A DNA stretch of 64,000 bases from an uncultured Acidimicrobiaceae bacterium (GTDB lineage: Bacteria > Actinomycetota > Acidimicrobiia > Acidimicrobiales > Bog-793): the NCBI GenBank assembly GCA_963831155.1, contig CAWHOY010000007.1, positions 68,800 to 132,799 of the forward strand, written 5' to 3'. This document shows positions 55,031 to 64,000 of this stretch, one piece after another. The number at the start of each line of letters is the position of its first letter. Within the stretch, counting starts at the first letter, position 1. The position numbers and the translations under genes are program-made. A model generated the notes under the pieces. It did no database searches and had not been told where the DNA came from. It saw only the letters and a program-made list of their open reading frames with translations.

Positions 55031-55302
55031 GGCCACCTCCTGTACATGTGGTGTAGCCGACGCAATAAAAGGCGATTTCGCCATGAAATGCAAGCATTTT
55101 CGATTTCGCGCGACGCGCAGACGCGCAACGTGTGTCGCGACGTCGCGAATATCTCTCACCGCTCGCGCGTCATCGCACGAGATTTACCTGTGTAACCCAT
55201 CAAAATTGCACTCACGACGAATTTTTTGCCGCCCTTTGCGATTTCATAACAGCCGTTATCTCAATCGGGAGTGGCACGCGTCAGCATCGCCTTCGCCGAC
55301 CG

Positions 55303-56739
55303 ATGATGATGCAAGAACACGACGACGCGTGGGAGGTCCATCGCCGCGTTCTCGCCGTTTCGCGGCGTACGACGCATGCGATTCTCCTCGGTGAAACTTG
55401 GGGAGAACTTGTGTTCGCGCCGGTGGAACACGGCGTGCTCGTTCTCGGACCGCCGCGTTCTGGCAAGACTTCGAGCGTCGTTGTGCCAAATGTTCTCGCG
55501 GCGTGCGGACCGGTGGTCGCAGTGTCGACGAAACGCGACGTCCTCGATCAGACGCTGTCGGCGAGGACGCGTCTTGGGGACTGCCTCGTCTTCGATCCGA
55601 CAGGATCGCTCGATGGACTCCCCGATGCGCGCCGCGTCGGATGGTCGCCGCTGCCTTCGTCTCGTTCGTGGGATGGCGCGGTGCTCGCCGCGGAAGCGAT
55701 GGTCGGCGCGAGCCGCGAAGGCCGCAATGCTCCCGACGGTTCGCATTGGACCGAGCGCGCTGCGGCCCTGTTGTCGACGATGTTCCACGCGGCCGCCACC
55801 GGTGACATGGCATTCAAGGACGTCGTCTCCGCCGTGAACCGAAGAGAGCCGCAACGATTCCTCTCCGCGCTCGCGCGCGCCGGTGCCGAGCAGGCACTCG
55901 ATCTTCTGAAGGGCTTGACCGAAACCGAGGAACGTGAGCAAAGCGGAATCTGGTCGACGGCGTCGAGCGTTCTCTCTGGCTATCGCACCCGCGCCGCGGT
56001 CGAGAACGCCTCGATCCCCTCTGTCGATGCCGATCGCTTCGTCACGTCGTGCTCGACGCTCTACATCGCGGCGCCGGCCGAGCACCAGTTGCATCTCGCA
56101 CCACTCGTCGCCGGTGTCCTCCGCGAGATCCGCACCGCCGCGTATCGCCAGTTCGCGGCGGTGACGCGCGCAACTCGGTCGCCGACGCTGTTCGTCCTCG
56201 ACGAGCTGGCGAACATCGCGCCCTTGCACGACCTGCCGGTCCTCGTCGCGGAAGGCGCGAGCCAGGGAGTCATCACCTTGGCCTGCTTGCAAGACCTCTC
56301 CCAGGCGCGAGCGCGCTACGGCGTCGCGGCCGACGGTTTCCTCACCTTGTTCGGCTCCAAGCTCGTTCTCTCCGGGGTGAGCGACGTGCGGACTCTGGAG
56401 GCGCTCTCGGCGCTCGCGGGTCGGCACGACCTGACGACGCTCACCCGGTCGTCGTCCCGGGTTGCGGGTCGGTTCCGTCGGCAGCGCACCGTCTCGTCCT
56501 CGCTGCGCAGCGAGCCGCGCCTACCAGTCGACCGGCTGGCGAGCCCGCCGTTGGGAACAGCCGTTGCCTTCATCGGCGCCGAGCCGTACCGGGTCGGCCT
56601 GACGCCTTGCTACTTGTCATCGACGTGGTCACGGATCGTCGTGCCTGCGTCGCGAGGCGAGATCGGCCGTCCGCCCCGCGAGGCCGAAGGTGTCCGTCGA
56701 CGCCTCGCCGGCACGCCTCATCATCGTTCCGACCTCTGA
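55303..56739 (+). CDS. type IV secretion coupling protein-like ATPase (VirD4/TraG/TraD family), no TM anchor
   Basis: 478 aa from ATG 55303. Walker A is VLVLGPPRSGKTSS and Walker B is TLFVLDELANIA. LACLQDLSQAR...FGSKLVLSG is typical of T4CPs. Confidence 0.75.
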   Translation: MMMQEHDDAWEVHRRVLAVSRRTTHAILLGETWGELVFAPVEHGVLVLGPPRSGKTSSVVVPNVLAACGPVVAVSTKRDVLDQTLSARTRLGDCLVFDPTGSLDGLPDARRVGWSPLPSSRSWDGAVLAAEAMVGASREGRNAPDGSHWTERAAALLSTMFHAAATGDMAFKDVVSAVNRREPQRFLSALARAGAEQALDLLKGLTETEEREQSGIWSTASSVLSGYRTRAAVENASIPSVDADRFVTSCSTLYIAAPAEHQLHLAPLVAGVLREIRTAAYRQFAAVTRATRSPTLFVLDELANIAPLHDLPVLVAEGASQGVITLACLQDLSQARARYGVAADGFLTLFGSKLVLSGVSDVRTLEALSALAGRHDLTTLTRSSSRVAGRFRRQRTVSSSLRSEPRLPVDRLASPPLGTAVAFIGAEPYRVGLTPCYLSSTWSRIVVPASRGEIGRPPREAEGVRRRLAGTPHHRSDL

Positions 56740-58893
56740 TTAAAGGTCCCGACCGATCTCGCGAGGTCGGCGAAGCGAGCGATCGAACGGCGTCCGATCC
56801 AAGGGTCGGACAGGATCGAGCGCGATCACTCGATCGGGTGCTTCGCTGCGGGAGCTCCACCTGGCGCGCTCTTTGGAGCCGAGCGGGAACCGTCCGAGGG
56901 ATCGCCGCGCACCGAGCGGCTCAGCGAAGCCGAGCGCGGCGGCCCGCCCGACACGGACCCGCTCGATCGAAGAGAGCAGGATATGAGTGCGGGATCCATC
57001 GGCGACGTCGTCGATCGCCCGCGACAGAACGGCCGCCGGGCCAACGGCGATGACCTCCGCGCACGGGTGACGGTCAAGAGCGCCCTTCAGGCGTCTCGGA
57101 TCGGTCGTCTGTCCGACGAGGTCGGCGATCGAATCCGGACGGGCGCTCACGACAATCGGTTCGTGGCCGTTCGCCCGGGCCGCTTCGGAGAGGCGACGGA
57201 CCTCGAGTGCGAGTCGCGTGAGATCCGGAGCGACGACGACGCGCACTCCGTCCACATCGAAACGCTTGAGCGGCGCCGAATCGTCAGCAATCGTCAGATC
57301 GCGGCGCGGCAGATCGCCGTGCGCGCCTCCATCGAGGAAAACGGCGGCGATCCGACCGGACCGGGCCAACGCGACCAGCTCGGCGGTTCCGCGAATCGGC
57401 GTGAAGCGTGGGCCGTCGATGACGACGAAGGCATCCTTTGGAATCGTCGAGGCCCTGGTCCAGGGCTCCGGCTCGATCCCTGTCACCGCTTCCAGGTGCG
57501 CGGCGCCGACGCGGCTCGCGGCGAAAGCGAGGATCGGCCGGCCGGCTTCGTGCGCGCTCCTTGCCGCAGTTCGCACGAACTCGTAGGCGCTGGTCGTCGG
57601 AGGGACAACAAGTCCGCCGCGTTCAAAGGCACGGGCGTCGTCGACGGCGAGAGCCAGCTCCGAGGGGCGGAGGCCGGCGAGACCGTCGTCGCGGTCGCGG
57701 ACGAATTCGGCGACTTCTTGTGTCATGTAGCGCGCTTCGGTGACGCCCGATGGAAACCGACCAGAACGCGGGCCACTCAAGTACGCGACGCGCTCGTCCG
57801 CTCGAACGAGCGGTGCCCTCTTGAGTTCGCTTTCGATTACGGATTCGACCGCTTCGACAGGCGCCCCGTCGACGAGACGCCCCGAGGTCGCGCGGACAAG
57901 CTCTCCTCGCGTGAACGGTCGACAAAAGGACGAGACGGATGCCTCCACGGCGCGGGCCAGATCGATGATCGATCCGGGGGCGTCCGCCACGTCTCGGGAG
58001 GGAGACGACAGCCGGGTGAGCGTCGAGCGCGAGATGCCGAGGTCGAAGGCGCGCTCACGCCACTGTCGAACGAGGCTCTCGTAGTTGACGTCGAGCTGTT
58101 TCGGGCGCCGGGTGCGGTTGGCGGCGACGTCTTTTGCTCGTCGCGACGATCCGTGGGCTTCTCGCAGCTCGGCGTCGATCTCGTCCGACCGCTGCGAAAA
58201 GCCCCGCAGCGCTAGCTTCGAGATCCCAACGAGATCGGCGAACCCCTCGACGCGGCGTTCCCAAGAGATGTCGAGACGATCGGAAATCGCTCGCCGGAGG
58301 CTCGCCCGGTATAGCGACCCGACGGTGCCGGCCTGCGCGTAGATCGGACGGCCGTCGATCGCCGACCACCGGCCTTCGCCGTCGACGCCGAGGTTCGCGA
58401 CAAGCAGGTGGGTGTGCAGGTGCGGGTCCGGCGCTCGGCTCGTCCGATGGACGAACGCCGCAGCGAGCAGACCGCCCGTGTCGACGAGCCGCCCGCGCCG
58501 CCGGACGAACGCCGCATGGCGCTCGAGATAGCCGAGCGCTCCTTCGACGGCGGCATCGTGCGCCTGACGCACGATGCCGCCGACCTCGTCAGAACCGAGG
58601 GCGTGCAGGACACTCACCGATTTCGGTGCGGCGAAGACGCAGTCGATGGCGGAGACCGAAACCCGCTCGTGGCGCGCATCGAGCGGTTGTCGGCGCGTCG
58701 GGTCGAGTCCTTCGAATGCGGCGGCGAGACTCGGCTGATCGACAATCGCGTCATCGATCGCAAGGTCTTTCGCGAGCGATCCCTTCCATCGCCCGTCGGC
58801 TTCGACAAGACCGTTCGGGTCCGCTCCGCCGGCGAGCGTTGTCATCAGGTAGTACGCGCCGTTCGAGCGGTGGAGGCTTCGCAGCCGCAGCAC
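56740..58893 (-). CDS. MOBF/TrwC-type relaxase with degenerate C-terminal helicase-like region
   Basis: 717 aa with a GTG start. It has an N-terminal GAYY tyrosine motif and the HUH motif PDPHLHTHLLVAN. I could find no GxxGK[ST] P-loop anywhere in the protein. Confidence 0.8.
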   Translation of the reverse strand: MLRLRSLHRSNGAYYLMTTLAGGADPNGLVEADGRWKGSLAKDLAIDDAIVDQPSLAAAFEGLDPTRRQPLDARHERVSVSAIDCVFAAPKSVSVLHALGSDEVGGIVRQAHDAAVEGALGYLERHAAFVRRRGRLVDTGGLLAAAFVHRTSRAPDPHLHTHLLVANLGVDGEGRWSAIDGRPIYAQAGTVGSLYRASLRRAISDRLDISWERRVEGFADLVGISKLALRGFSQRSDEIDAELREAHGSSRRAKDVAANRTRRPKQLDVNYESLVRQWRERAFDLGISRSTLTRLSSPSRDVADAPGSIIDLARAVEASVSSFCRPFTRGELVRATSGRLVDGAPVEAVESVIESELKRAPLVRADERVAYLSGPRSGRFPSGVTEARYMTQEVAEFVRDRDDGLAGLRPSELALAVDDARAFERGGLVVPPTTSAYEFVRTAARSAHEAGRPILAFAASRVGAAHLEAVTGIEPEPWTRASTIPKDAFVVIDGPRFTPIRGTAELVALARSGRIAAVFLDGGAHGDLPRRDLTIADDSAPLKRFDVDGVRVVVAPDLTRLALEVRRLSEAARANGHEPIVVSARPDSIADLVGQTTDPRRLKGALDRHPCAEVIAVGPAAVLSRAIDDVADGSRTHILLSSIERVRVGRAAALGFAEPLGARRSLGRFPLGSKERARWSSRSEAPDRVIALDPVRPLDRTPFDRSLRRPREIGRDL

Positions 58894-58990
58894 GTTGTGA
58901 CGGTACGAACCGGCTTCGCCTTCAGACCTACCGCCACCGCGACACGGTCATCGTGGGTCGATCTCTGATCACGACAGCGCTCGCTCGGCG

Positions 58991-59944
58991 TCAGGCGGTG
59001 ACGCCGTACCGCGCAAGCGCGCGTCGAGCCACCTCACGGCCGGCGTCGGCGAATTCTGGGGGCTCGAGCACCTCGGCACGCTCACCGAGGCCGAGGAGCA
59101 GGCGCCCGAGGAAGTGCCGGTCGGCGACGTCGATCGGAACAACGACTCGCCCGTCGTCTTGATGTTCGATCGGTCCTGACGCGAATCGGTCGAGGACGAC
59201 CGAACTCGATTGGTCGATCGCGACGCGTACCCTCGTCGCCGAGCGCCCGACGAAGGCCCGAGCACTCGAGAACTCGGCCGGCAGACTGCGCGGTGCGACC
59301 GGTTCGCCGAGTCGACGGACGCGACGGATGCGGGCCACCTGGAACCGCCGCCAGTCGCCGACCGCGTTCGAGTAAGCGTCCAGGTAGAAGCGGCCCTCGC
59401 GCGCCACGACCGCGTACGGCTCGACACGGCGGACCGATTCGTCGCCACGCTTCGCTCCGAGGTATTCGATCTCGATCGCCTCGCCGGCGACCGCCGCGGC
59501 CCGCACCTCGGCGAGTTGCTCGGGAGCATCGATTTCGACGGCGACGGTCTCGGCTCCGAGAACGACCTCGAGCTTCGCGAGGGCGCTGGCGAGCGGTCCG
59601 TGCGCGTCGACGCCTGGCATCGACAACATCGCCCGCACGGCTGCGGCGAGCGCGAAGCCCTCCTCGGCGGTGAGGCGCGGGGGACGCCCGAGAGCTTCGA
59701 GACCGTGAACACGGACGTGCTCGCCGTCGACGATCAGCTCCAACAACGCGTCCGGCGTGTACGGGGGCAATCCGCAGCACGCGGCGAGCTCGAGCTCGGC
59801 GATCAGCACGCGCTCGTCGACAGAGAATCGCTTGGCTACCTCGCCGAGGTCGGCTTCGCCGACCTCGGCGAGGTAAGCGAGGACACCGAGGAGGCGTCGC
59901 AGTCGGGTCCCGGCGTCGAGCACGTCGATCGTCTCCGCGCTCAT
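58991..59944 (-). CDS. pafC: PafC-like HTH/WYL-domain transcriptional regulator
   Basis: 317 aa. RLRRLLGVLAYLAEVGEADLGEVAKRFSV fits the family. It is the second of two tandem, 4-nt-overlapping WYL paralogs. Confidence 0.75.
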   Translation of the reverse strand: MSAETIDVLDAGTRLRRLLGVLAYLAEVGEADLGEVAKRFSVDERVLIAELELAACCGLPPYTPDALLELIVDGEHVRVHGLEALGRPPRLTAEEGFALAAAVRAMLSMPGVDAHGPLASALAKLEVVLGAETVAVEIDAPEQLAEVRAAAVAGEAIEIEYLGAKRGDESVRRVEPYAVVAREGRFYLDAYSNAVGDWRRFQVARIRRVRRLGEPVAPRSLPAEFSSARAFVGRSATRVRVAIDQSSSVVLDRFASGPIEHQDDGRVVVPIDVADRHFLGRLLLGLGERAEVLEPPEFADAGREVARRALARYGVTA

Positions 59945-60894
59945 CTCCGCGAGGACTCGACGCCGAGTTCGCGCAGCCGGTCGATGACCCGTGATCGCAC
60001 GTCCGGCGGCTCGAGGACCTCGGCGCCGTCGCCGAGGCCGATCACCCAGTGATCAAATGTCGCCCCATCGTCGATCGGTACCTCGACCGTGGCCGAGCCG
60101 TCGTCGAAGCGCGAGCGGATCGCTGCTTCTCCGAGAGCCCCGACGACTGCTGGCAGCTCACGGGCGTCCACAGCGACAAGCGCGCGCACATCGGCGTCGT
60201 GCGCGCCCTCGCCGCGAAACGGCGAGAAGTCGGTCTCGTCGGCAAGGTCGATGTCGCTCGGCACCTCGTACTCGCCCGACGATCCAACGCTCGGCAGGCT
60301 CTCGATCCGATCGACGCGGAAACTCCGTCGGCCGGCGCGTCCTTCGATCTCGAGGTCACGTCCGACGAAATACCACCGCCCGTTGCGGAAGATGAGCCCG
60401 TAACCCTCGACGCGCCGCTTGCGTCCCCGAAAGGAAAAGGTGGCGACTGCGCGGTCACGGACCGCCTGTTGCAACGGCGCCAGCGCCGGGAAGGCCGGCA
60501 ATACGGCGAGCGGCGCAACAGCGTCCGATCCCGGCGCGCCGAGCTTCTGCACGACGTCGGCGCCCATCCCCCCGTCGACGCGAACCGCGACCAAAGCGAG
60601 GACGAGCGCCGAACGCTCGTCCTCGGTCAAGTCGAGTTCGGGCAGGTAGTAGTCCTCGGGACGGATCCGATAGCCGAACTGCTCGTCGCCGCCGACTCGT
60701 TCGACGGTGATCGGGATGCCGCTGTCCCGCAGCGTGCGCTTATCACGCTCGAAGGCCTGGCGGATCGCACTCGCCTGCGCCGGGTAGCCCGCCACCTGGC
60801 CGCCGATCTCACGCAGCGACAGCGGCCGGCTCGTCTGCAACAGTGCCAGCACGAGGTTCGTCAACCGCTCGAGCCGGTCGGTTCCCGTCGCCAC
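59941..60894 (-). CDS. pafB: PafB-like HTH/WYL-domain transcriptional regulator
   Basis: 317 aa. DRLERLTNLVLALLQTSRPLSLREI...RQAFERDKRTLRDSGIPI...GYRI fits the family. Confidence 0.75.
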   Translation of the reverse strand: MATGTDRLERLTNLVLALLQTSRPLSLREIGGQVAGYPAQASAIRQAFERDKRTLRDSGIPITVERVGGDEQFGYRIRPEDYYLPELDLTEDERSALVLALVAVRVDGGMGADVVQKLGAPGSDAVAPLAVLPAFPALAPLQQAVRDRAVATFSFRGRKRRVEGYGLIFRNGRWYFVGRDLEIEGRAGRRSFRVDRIESLPSVGSSGEYEVPSDIDLADETDFSPFRGEGAHDADVRALVAVDARELPAVVGALGEAAIRSRFDDGSATVEVPIDDGATFDHWVIGLGDGAEVLEPPDVRSRVIDRLRELGVESSRR

Positions 60895-60953
60895 GCTCGC
60901 AATCTACGAGCCGCCGGGCGGCGCGCCGCGAAGCACGCGATCGGGCGCAGAAC

Positions 60954-61436
60954 TCAGATGAGCGGGGGGAACTCCTTCGACAGCCGCAGCGGCGACCGGC
61001 GCAGGACGACGGTCGCCACGACGTCGGGTTTTTGCAGCCGCACGACCACGATCGCGAGCGTCCCGTTCCTCCCCGTCGGCGACCAACCGTGCGCGACGCG
61101 GTGCGGGTCATAAACGCCGCGGTACGCGACGGCACAGATCGGCCCCTTCACATCTACGAGCGCGTGGGGAAGATTGACCCTCCCGCGCGCCTCCACCTTG
61201 GCTTTTCTGATCGCCGTGGTGAAGTCGCGCGCGCTGACGTAGCGCACGCCGGAGAACTTGCCCTTGTCGTTCACTGCGGCGCGCGCGAGCGGGATCGCCC
61301 GAAAACACGGGCTCTCGCTCGGGCCGAGGGCGTTGCGGGCGGAGGTGCACCCCGCCGCGCCCACCGCGACGAGCAGCACCGCGCCGAGGAACACGCGGCG
61401 CATCCCGCCTTTTGGAAGCTCGCGTCGTCGCCTCAT
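60954..61436 (-). CDS. hypothetical lipoprotein
   Basis: 160 aa from ATG 61436 (ATGA overlap with the upstream gene), with the lipobox LLVAVGAAGC. Confidence 0.6.
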   Translation of the reverse strand: MRRRRELPKGGMRRVFLGAVLLVAVGAAGCTSARNALGPSESPCFRAIPLARAAVNDKGKFSGVRYVSARDFTTAIRKAKVEARGRVNLPHALVDVKGPICAVAYRGVYDPHRVAHGWSPTGRNGTLAIVVVRLQKPDVVATVVLRRSPLRLSKEFPPLI

Positions 61437-62554
61437 GAGGTCATCTTCCTCTCCCCTCCGGCCACTGCGCGAGAAGGCGCTTCGATGAGTGGCGCGGCGT
61501 GATGTTCGACGGCGGCGCTCGCAGCGGCGCGTCCCCGACGCCGGCGGTCCAAGGCGAGGCCGGCCCACGACAGCCAACCCACTGGCAAGAACCCCCAGAA
61601 ACTGACGATCCGGTAGACGAGCACGGCGGCGACCGTGGACAGTTCCGCTCCGCCGAACGCGACGAGGGCGACGGTGAGGCTGCCCTCGACAACGCCCAGT
61701 CCGCCCGGCGTGACCGGCAGGTTCGCCGCCAGCTGTCCGGCGCCATAGGCGAGGAGCAGGCCGCGCCAAGGAACCGAGGCGCCCGTCGCCACGAACCCGC
61801 ACGCCAGGCAGCCGCAGTCGAATACCCAATTCCCGAAGGCCGCCGCGAGGACCACAAAGAGGTCGCGCCGCGTGAGGTGCACGTCTTCGAGCCGTTGCAG
61901 CCAGCCCTCGACGACCGCCGCCGATTCCTGGCGCGGACGGCCGATGACGCGACGGAGCAGGTCCAGCATCCAGATAGCGACGTTTTCGAGCCAGCGCCGC
62001 TGAAAGACGATCGCGTCGACCGCGATCGAGAGCGCGAAGACGCCGAGAATCACGCCGATCAGGTCATAGGACGCGCTCTCCTGGGTGGCGAGGATCACCC
62101 CGGCGGTCGCGATCAGACCGAGACCCGCAGCCGCGCAGGCGAACGTCGCGAGCAGCGTCCACGCGGCGAGGGTGTCGTTGGCGCCGCGCCGGCGATAGAC
62201 GCCGAAGGCGTACACGCTGGCGAACGCCGGGCCCGCTGGCAGCGAGTTCGAGATCGCGCCGGCGGCGAGGGTGAGAAAGGTCATGAACGACAACGGCGTG
62301 CGCACCCCGCCGGCGTTGAGCAGGCGGCGTTGCAGCTCAGCGAAGCAGACGAACGATGCAATCTCGGACGCGATCGCGAGCAGAAGCCACGGCACGACGA
62401 GTCGCGCGAGTTCTCCTGAAGCGTCGACCAGCTCGCTTCGCCGGCCGTTCAGCGCCCACAGCGCGAGCGCCCCGAGCGCGAGGCCGACGACGAGCCGCAG
62501 CGCGTGCCACCAGCGGGTTTGCGTGACGCGTCGCCGAGGGTTGGGCGTCGACAC
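61433..62554 (-). CDS. flippase-like / lysylphosphatidylglycerol-synthase TM-domain (UPF0104) membrane protein
   Basis: 373 aa with about 8 TM helices. The C-terminal PVTPGGLGVVEGSL motif is typical of this family. Confidence 0.65.
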   Translation of the reverse strand: MSTPNPRRRVTQTRWWHALRLVVGLALGALALWALNGRRSELVDASGELARLVVPWLLLAIASEIASFVCFAELQRRLLNAGGVRTPLSFMTFLTLAAGAISNSLPAGPAFASVYAFGVYRRRGANDTLAAWTLLATFACAAAGLGLIATAGVILATQESASYDLIGVILGVFALSIAVDAIVFQRRWLENVAIWMLDLLRRVIGRPRQESAAVVEGWLQRLEDVHLTRRDLFVVLAAAFGNWVFDCGCLACGFVATGASVPWRGLLLAYGAGQLAANLPVTPGGLGVVEGSLTVALVAFGGAELSTVAAVLVYRIVSFWGFLPVGWLSWAGLALDRRRRGRAAASAAVEHHAAPLIEAPSRAVAGGERKMTS

Positions 62555-62617
62555 GCCGAAGCGTACCGAGCGCAGGACTTGGTGAGGTGACGCAAATCGC
62601 TGTCACTTCGAAACGAG

Positions 62618-63760
62618 TTAGCTGGCTGGGACCACCTTGTGGTCGCTGCCGCCCTTCAGCGCCGACTCGATCAACTCGCGAAAGGCGCGTTCTGCGCGGT
62701 CGGGGCCGTACCGCTTCGCCCGCTCGCGCCCACGGGCGAGGAACGTCGAGCGCGTCTGTTCATCGTTCAGCAGGCGGTGGACGACCGACGCGACGAGCGC
62801 CGGCGACTTTTCTGTGAGAAGGACGCCGGCGTCACCGAGGGTTTCCGGAACGGCCGCCGCCGCGTAAGCGACGACGGATGTTCCCCGCGCCATCGCCTCG
62901 ACGATCGGTGCGCAGAAACCCTCATGGTTCGACAGGCACACGAAGGCGTCGGCCGTCTCGTAATACGCGGCGAGCGTGCCGACGGGAACCGAGCCAGGAA
63001 ACTCGACGACGTCGGCGAGTCCGAGCGATGCAACAAAGCGGCGCAGTGCGTCGATGTAGATGCTGCCCATCTCGCGTCCGACGATGTGCAAGCGGGCTTT
63101 CGCGTCGTACACGCGCCGATAGATGGCGAACGCTTTGATCACGTCGTGTTGGGCCTTGTGTGGTCCGATCTGGCCGACGAACAGCCAATCGGTGCCGCCA
63201 TCGCGTTTTCGGGCCCGGAACCGCGCAAGGACGCGCGCGTCAGGCGCCGCGAGAAGGTTGCCCGACTCGACGAGGACCGGCACGACCTTTGCGCTCGGAT
63301 AACCGAACGAGTCGAGCTCGGCGGCGTTGAACGCCGAGTCCGCGAACGCCACCGAGACCATCGGCGCGAGCGTCGCCAGCTGGCGCCGTCCCAGTCGGGA
63401 CTCCTCGGCGAGCGGGGGGAGCCACTTCTCGACGAGCTCCTCGGGGACGATGTTGTGGTAGTCGAGGAGTTTGCGCCCCGGGTGGTTGGCGACCGCGTCA
63501 GCCGCTGGACTGCCGATCGAGCACTGGTAAAGGATCCATTGCGACCCGTCCCGGTGCTTCGCGATCTCACGCAGCGGACGGACGCGTCCTTCGCAACCCG
63601 GCCCGATGATCAGCGCGTAGATCTCCGAATCAAAGCCCAGCTCCCGCAAGAGCCGCTCGACTGCGAAGGTGTGGTTGCTCACCGCGTCGTGCTCGACGAT
63701 CGCCGGGATGATCTGATCGATGCGCGCCGGACGCTGAATTTGGGGTGCATCGCCGGTCAT
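62618..63760 (-). CDS. glycosyltransferase family 4 (GT-B fold)
   Basis: 380 aa. LFVGQIGPHKAQHD, SNHEGFCAPIVEAMARGTSVVA and the E-x7-E region fit the family. Confidence 0.85.
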   Translation of the reverse strand: MTGDAPQIQRPARIDQIIPAIVEHDAVSNHTFAVERLLRELGFDSEIYALIIGPGCEGRVRPLREIAKHRDGSQWILYQCSIGSPAADAVANHPGRKLLDYHNIVPEELVEKWLPPLAEESRLGRRQLATLAPMVSVAFADSAFNAAELDSFGYPSAKVVPVLVESGNLLAAPDARVLARFRARKRDGGTDWLFVGQIGPHKAQHDVIKAFAIYRRVYDAKARLHIVGREMGSIYIDALRRFVASLGLADVVEFPGSVPVGTLAAYYETADAFVCLSNHEGFCAPIVEAMARGTSVVAYAAAAVPETLGDAGVLLTEKSPALVASVVHRLLNDEQTRSTFLARGRERAKRYGPDRAERAFRELIESALKGGSDHKVVPAS

Positions 63761-64000
63761 TTCTGTTCCCGACGATCGCGAAAGACTTCGTAGACCCGCT
63801 CGATCCGTGCCAGCGCCCGGCGCAGCTTCGGCCGCAGCGGCCGCGGGATCGTGCGCCGCGCAATTTTGCGGAGCCGGACCGAGCGTTCAGCGATCCGTGG
63901 GGCCCGCAGCGCGTCGTACGTCGCGCGCGCGAACCGCCGCTCGAGATCGTTGTCGTCCTCCGCGCTCCAGCGACCCTCAGCGTCGAGCGAGTCGACGTCG
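63757..64000 (-). CDS. hypothetical protein, C-terminal 80 codons only (gene continues beyond the window)
   Basis: An open minus-strand frame reads ...RWSAEDDNDLERRFARATYDALRAP...RIERVYEVFRDRREQK. It ends in a TGA that overlaps the glycosyltransferase ATG (ATGA). It is not in the ORF track. Confidence 0.4.
   Translation of the reverse strand, partial: DVDSLDAEGRWSAEDDNDLERRFARATYDALRAPRIAERSVRLRKIARRTIPRPLRPKLRRALARIERVYEVFRDRREQK

Noticed and set aside
58935-58944. TGTCGCGGTG on the minus strand upstream of the relaxase, reminiscent of the PafBC-dependent RecA-NDp element (TGTCGGTG-N8-TAnnnT).
   Set aside because: It has an extra CG within the core. The downstream TA-containing hexamer (TAGGTC) is at the wrong spacing and lacks the final T, so it is not a convincing match.

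Overview
High-GC, actinobacterial-type chromosomal window. Family calls come from reading the translations and motifs only; no database search was run. There is no rRNA and no CRISPR array. The window falls into four blocks. (1) 1-27.1 kb is a paralog-rich catabolic island. It holds 2 amidases, 3 isochorismatase-like hydrolases, a hydantoinase, a Baeyer-Villiger monooxygenase, an LLM oxidoreductase, 2 SDRs, 2 CaiB-type CoA-transferases, a feruloyl-CoA hydratase/lyase-like crotonase, an aldehyde dehydrogenase, a Liv-type ABC importer and 2 cytoplasmic NMT1-like proteins. It also carries an unusual small cupin present in four copies in the window. (2) 27.1-34.2 kb holds a LuxR-type two-component system, a Thr/Pro-rich surface protein and a GntR-ABC module. 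(3) 34.3-48.3 kb is a mobile-element-rich accessory stretch ending at tRNA-Val. It contains two IS3-family elements and two diverged IS110-family elements in inverted orientation. The IS110 copies bracket about 6 kb of cargo (NERD, DUF1330, three secreted proteins). (4) 48.4-64 kb holds core genes: gdh, rnhB, gpsA, cofC, an HU with a long basic tail, pafBC and envelope genes. This block is interrupted by an orphan T4SS coupling-protein plus TrwC-like relaxase pair. The strongest second-look signals are these. First, a 14-bp palindromic box recurs in five promoter regions of the catabolic island, with no regulator gene visible. Second, the four-copy cupin family has CxCPH in place of the usual HxH motif. 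Third, the IS110 left ends look like bridge-RNA genes, with differences between copies confined to a loop, and the ends would form a promoter on circularisation. Fourth, the relaxase/T4CP pair lacks any T4SS and lies directly downstream of pafBC, with a degenerate helicase P-loop. Two in-frame TAG interruptions were also found, as were several coding regions missing from the ORF track.
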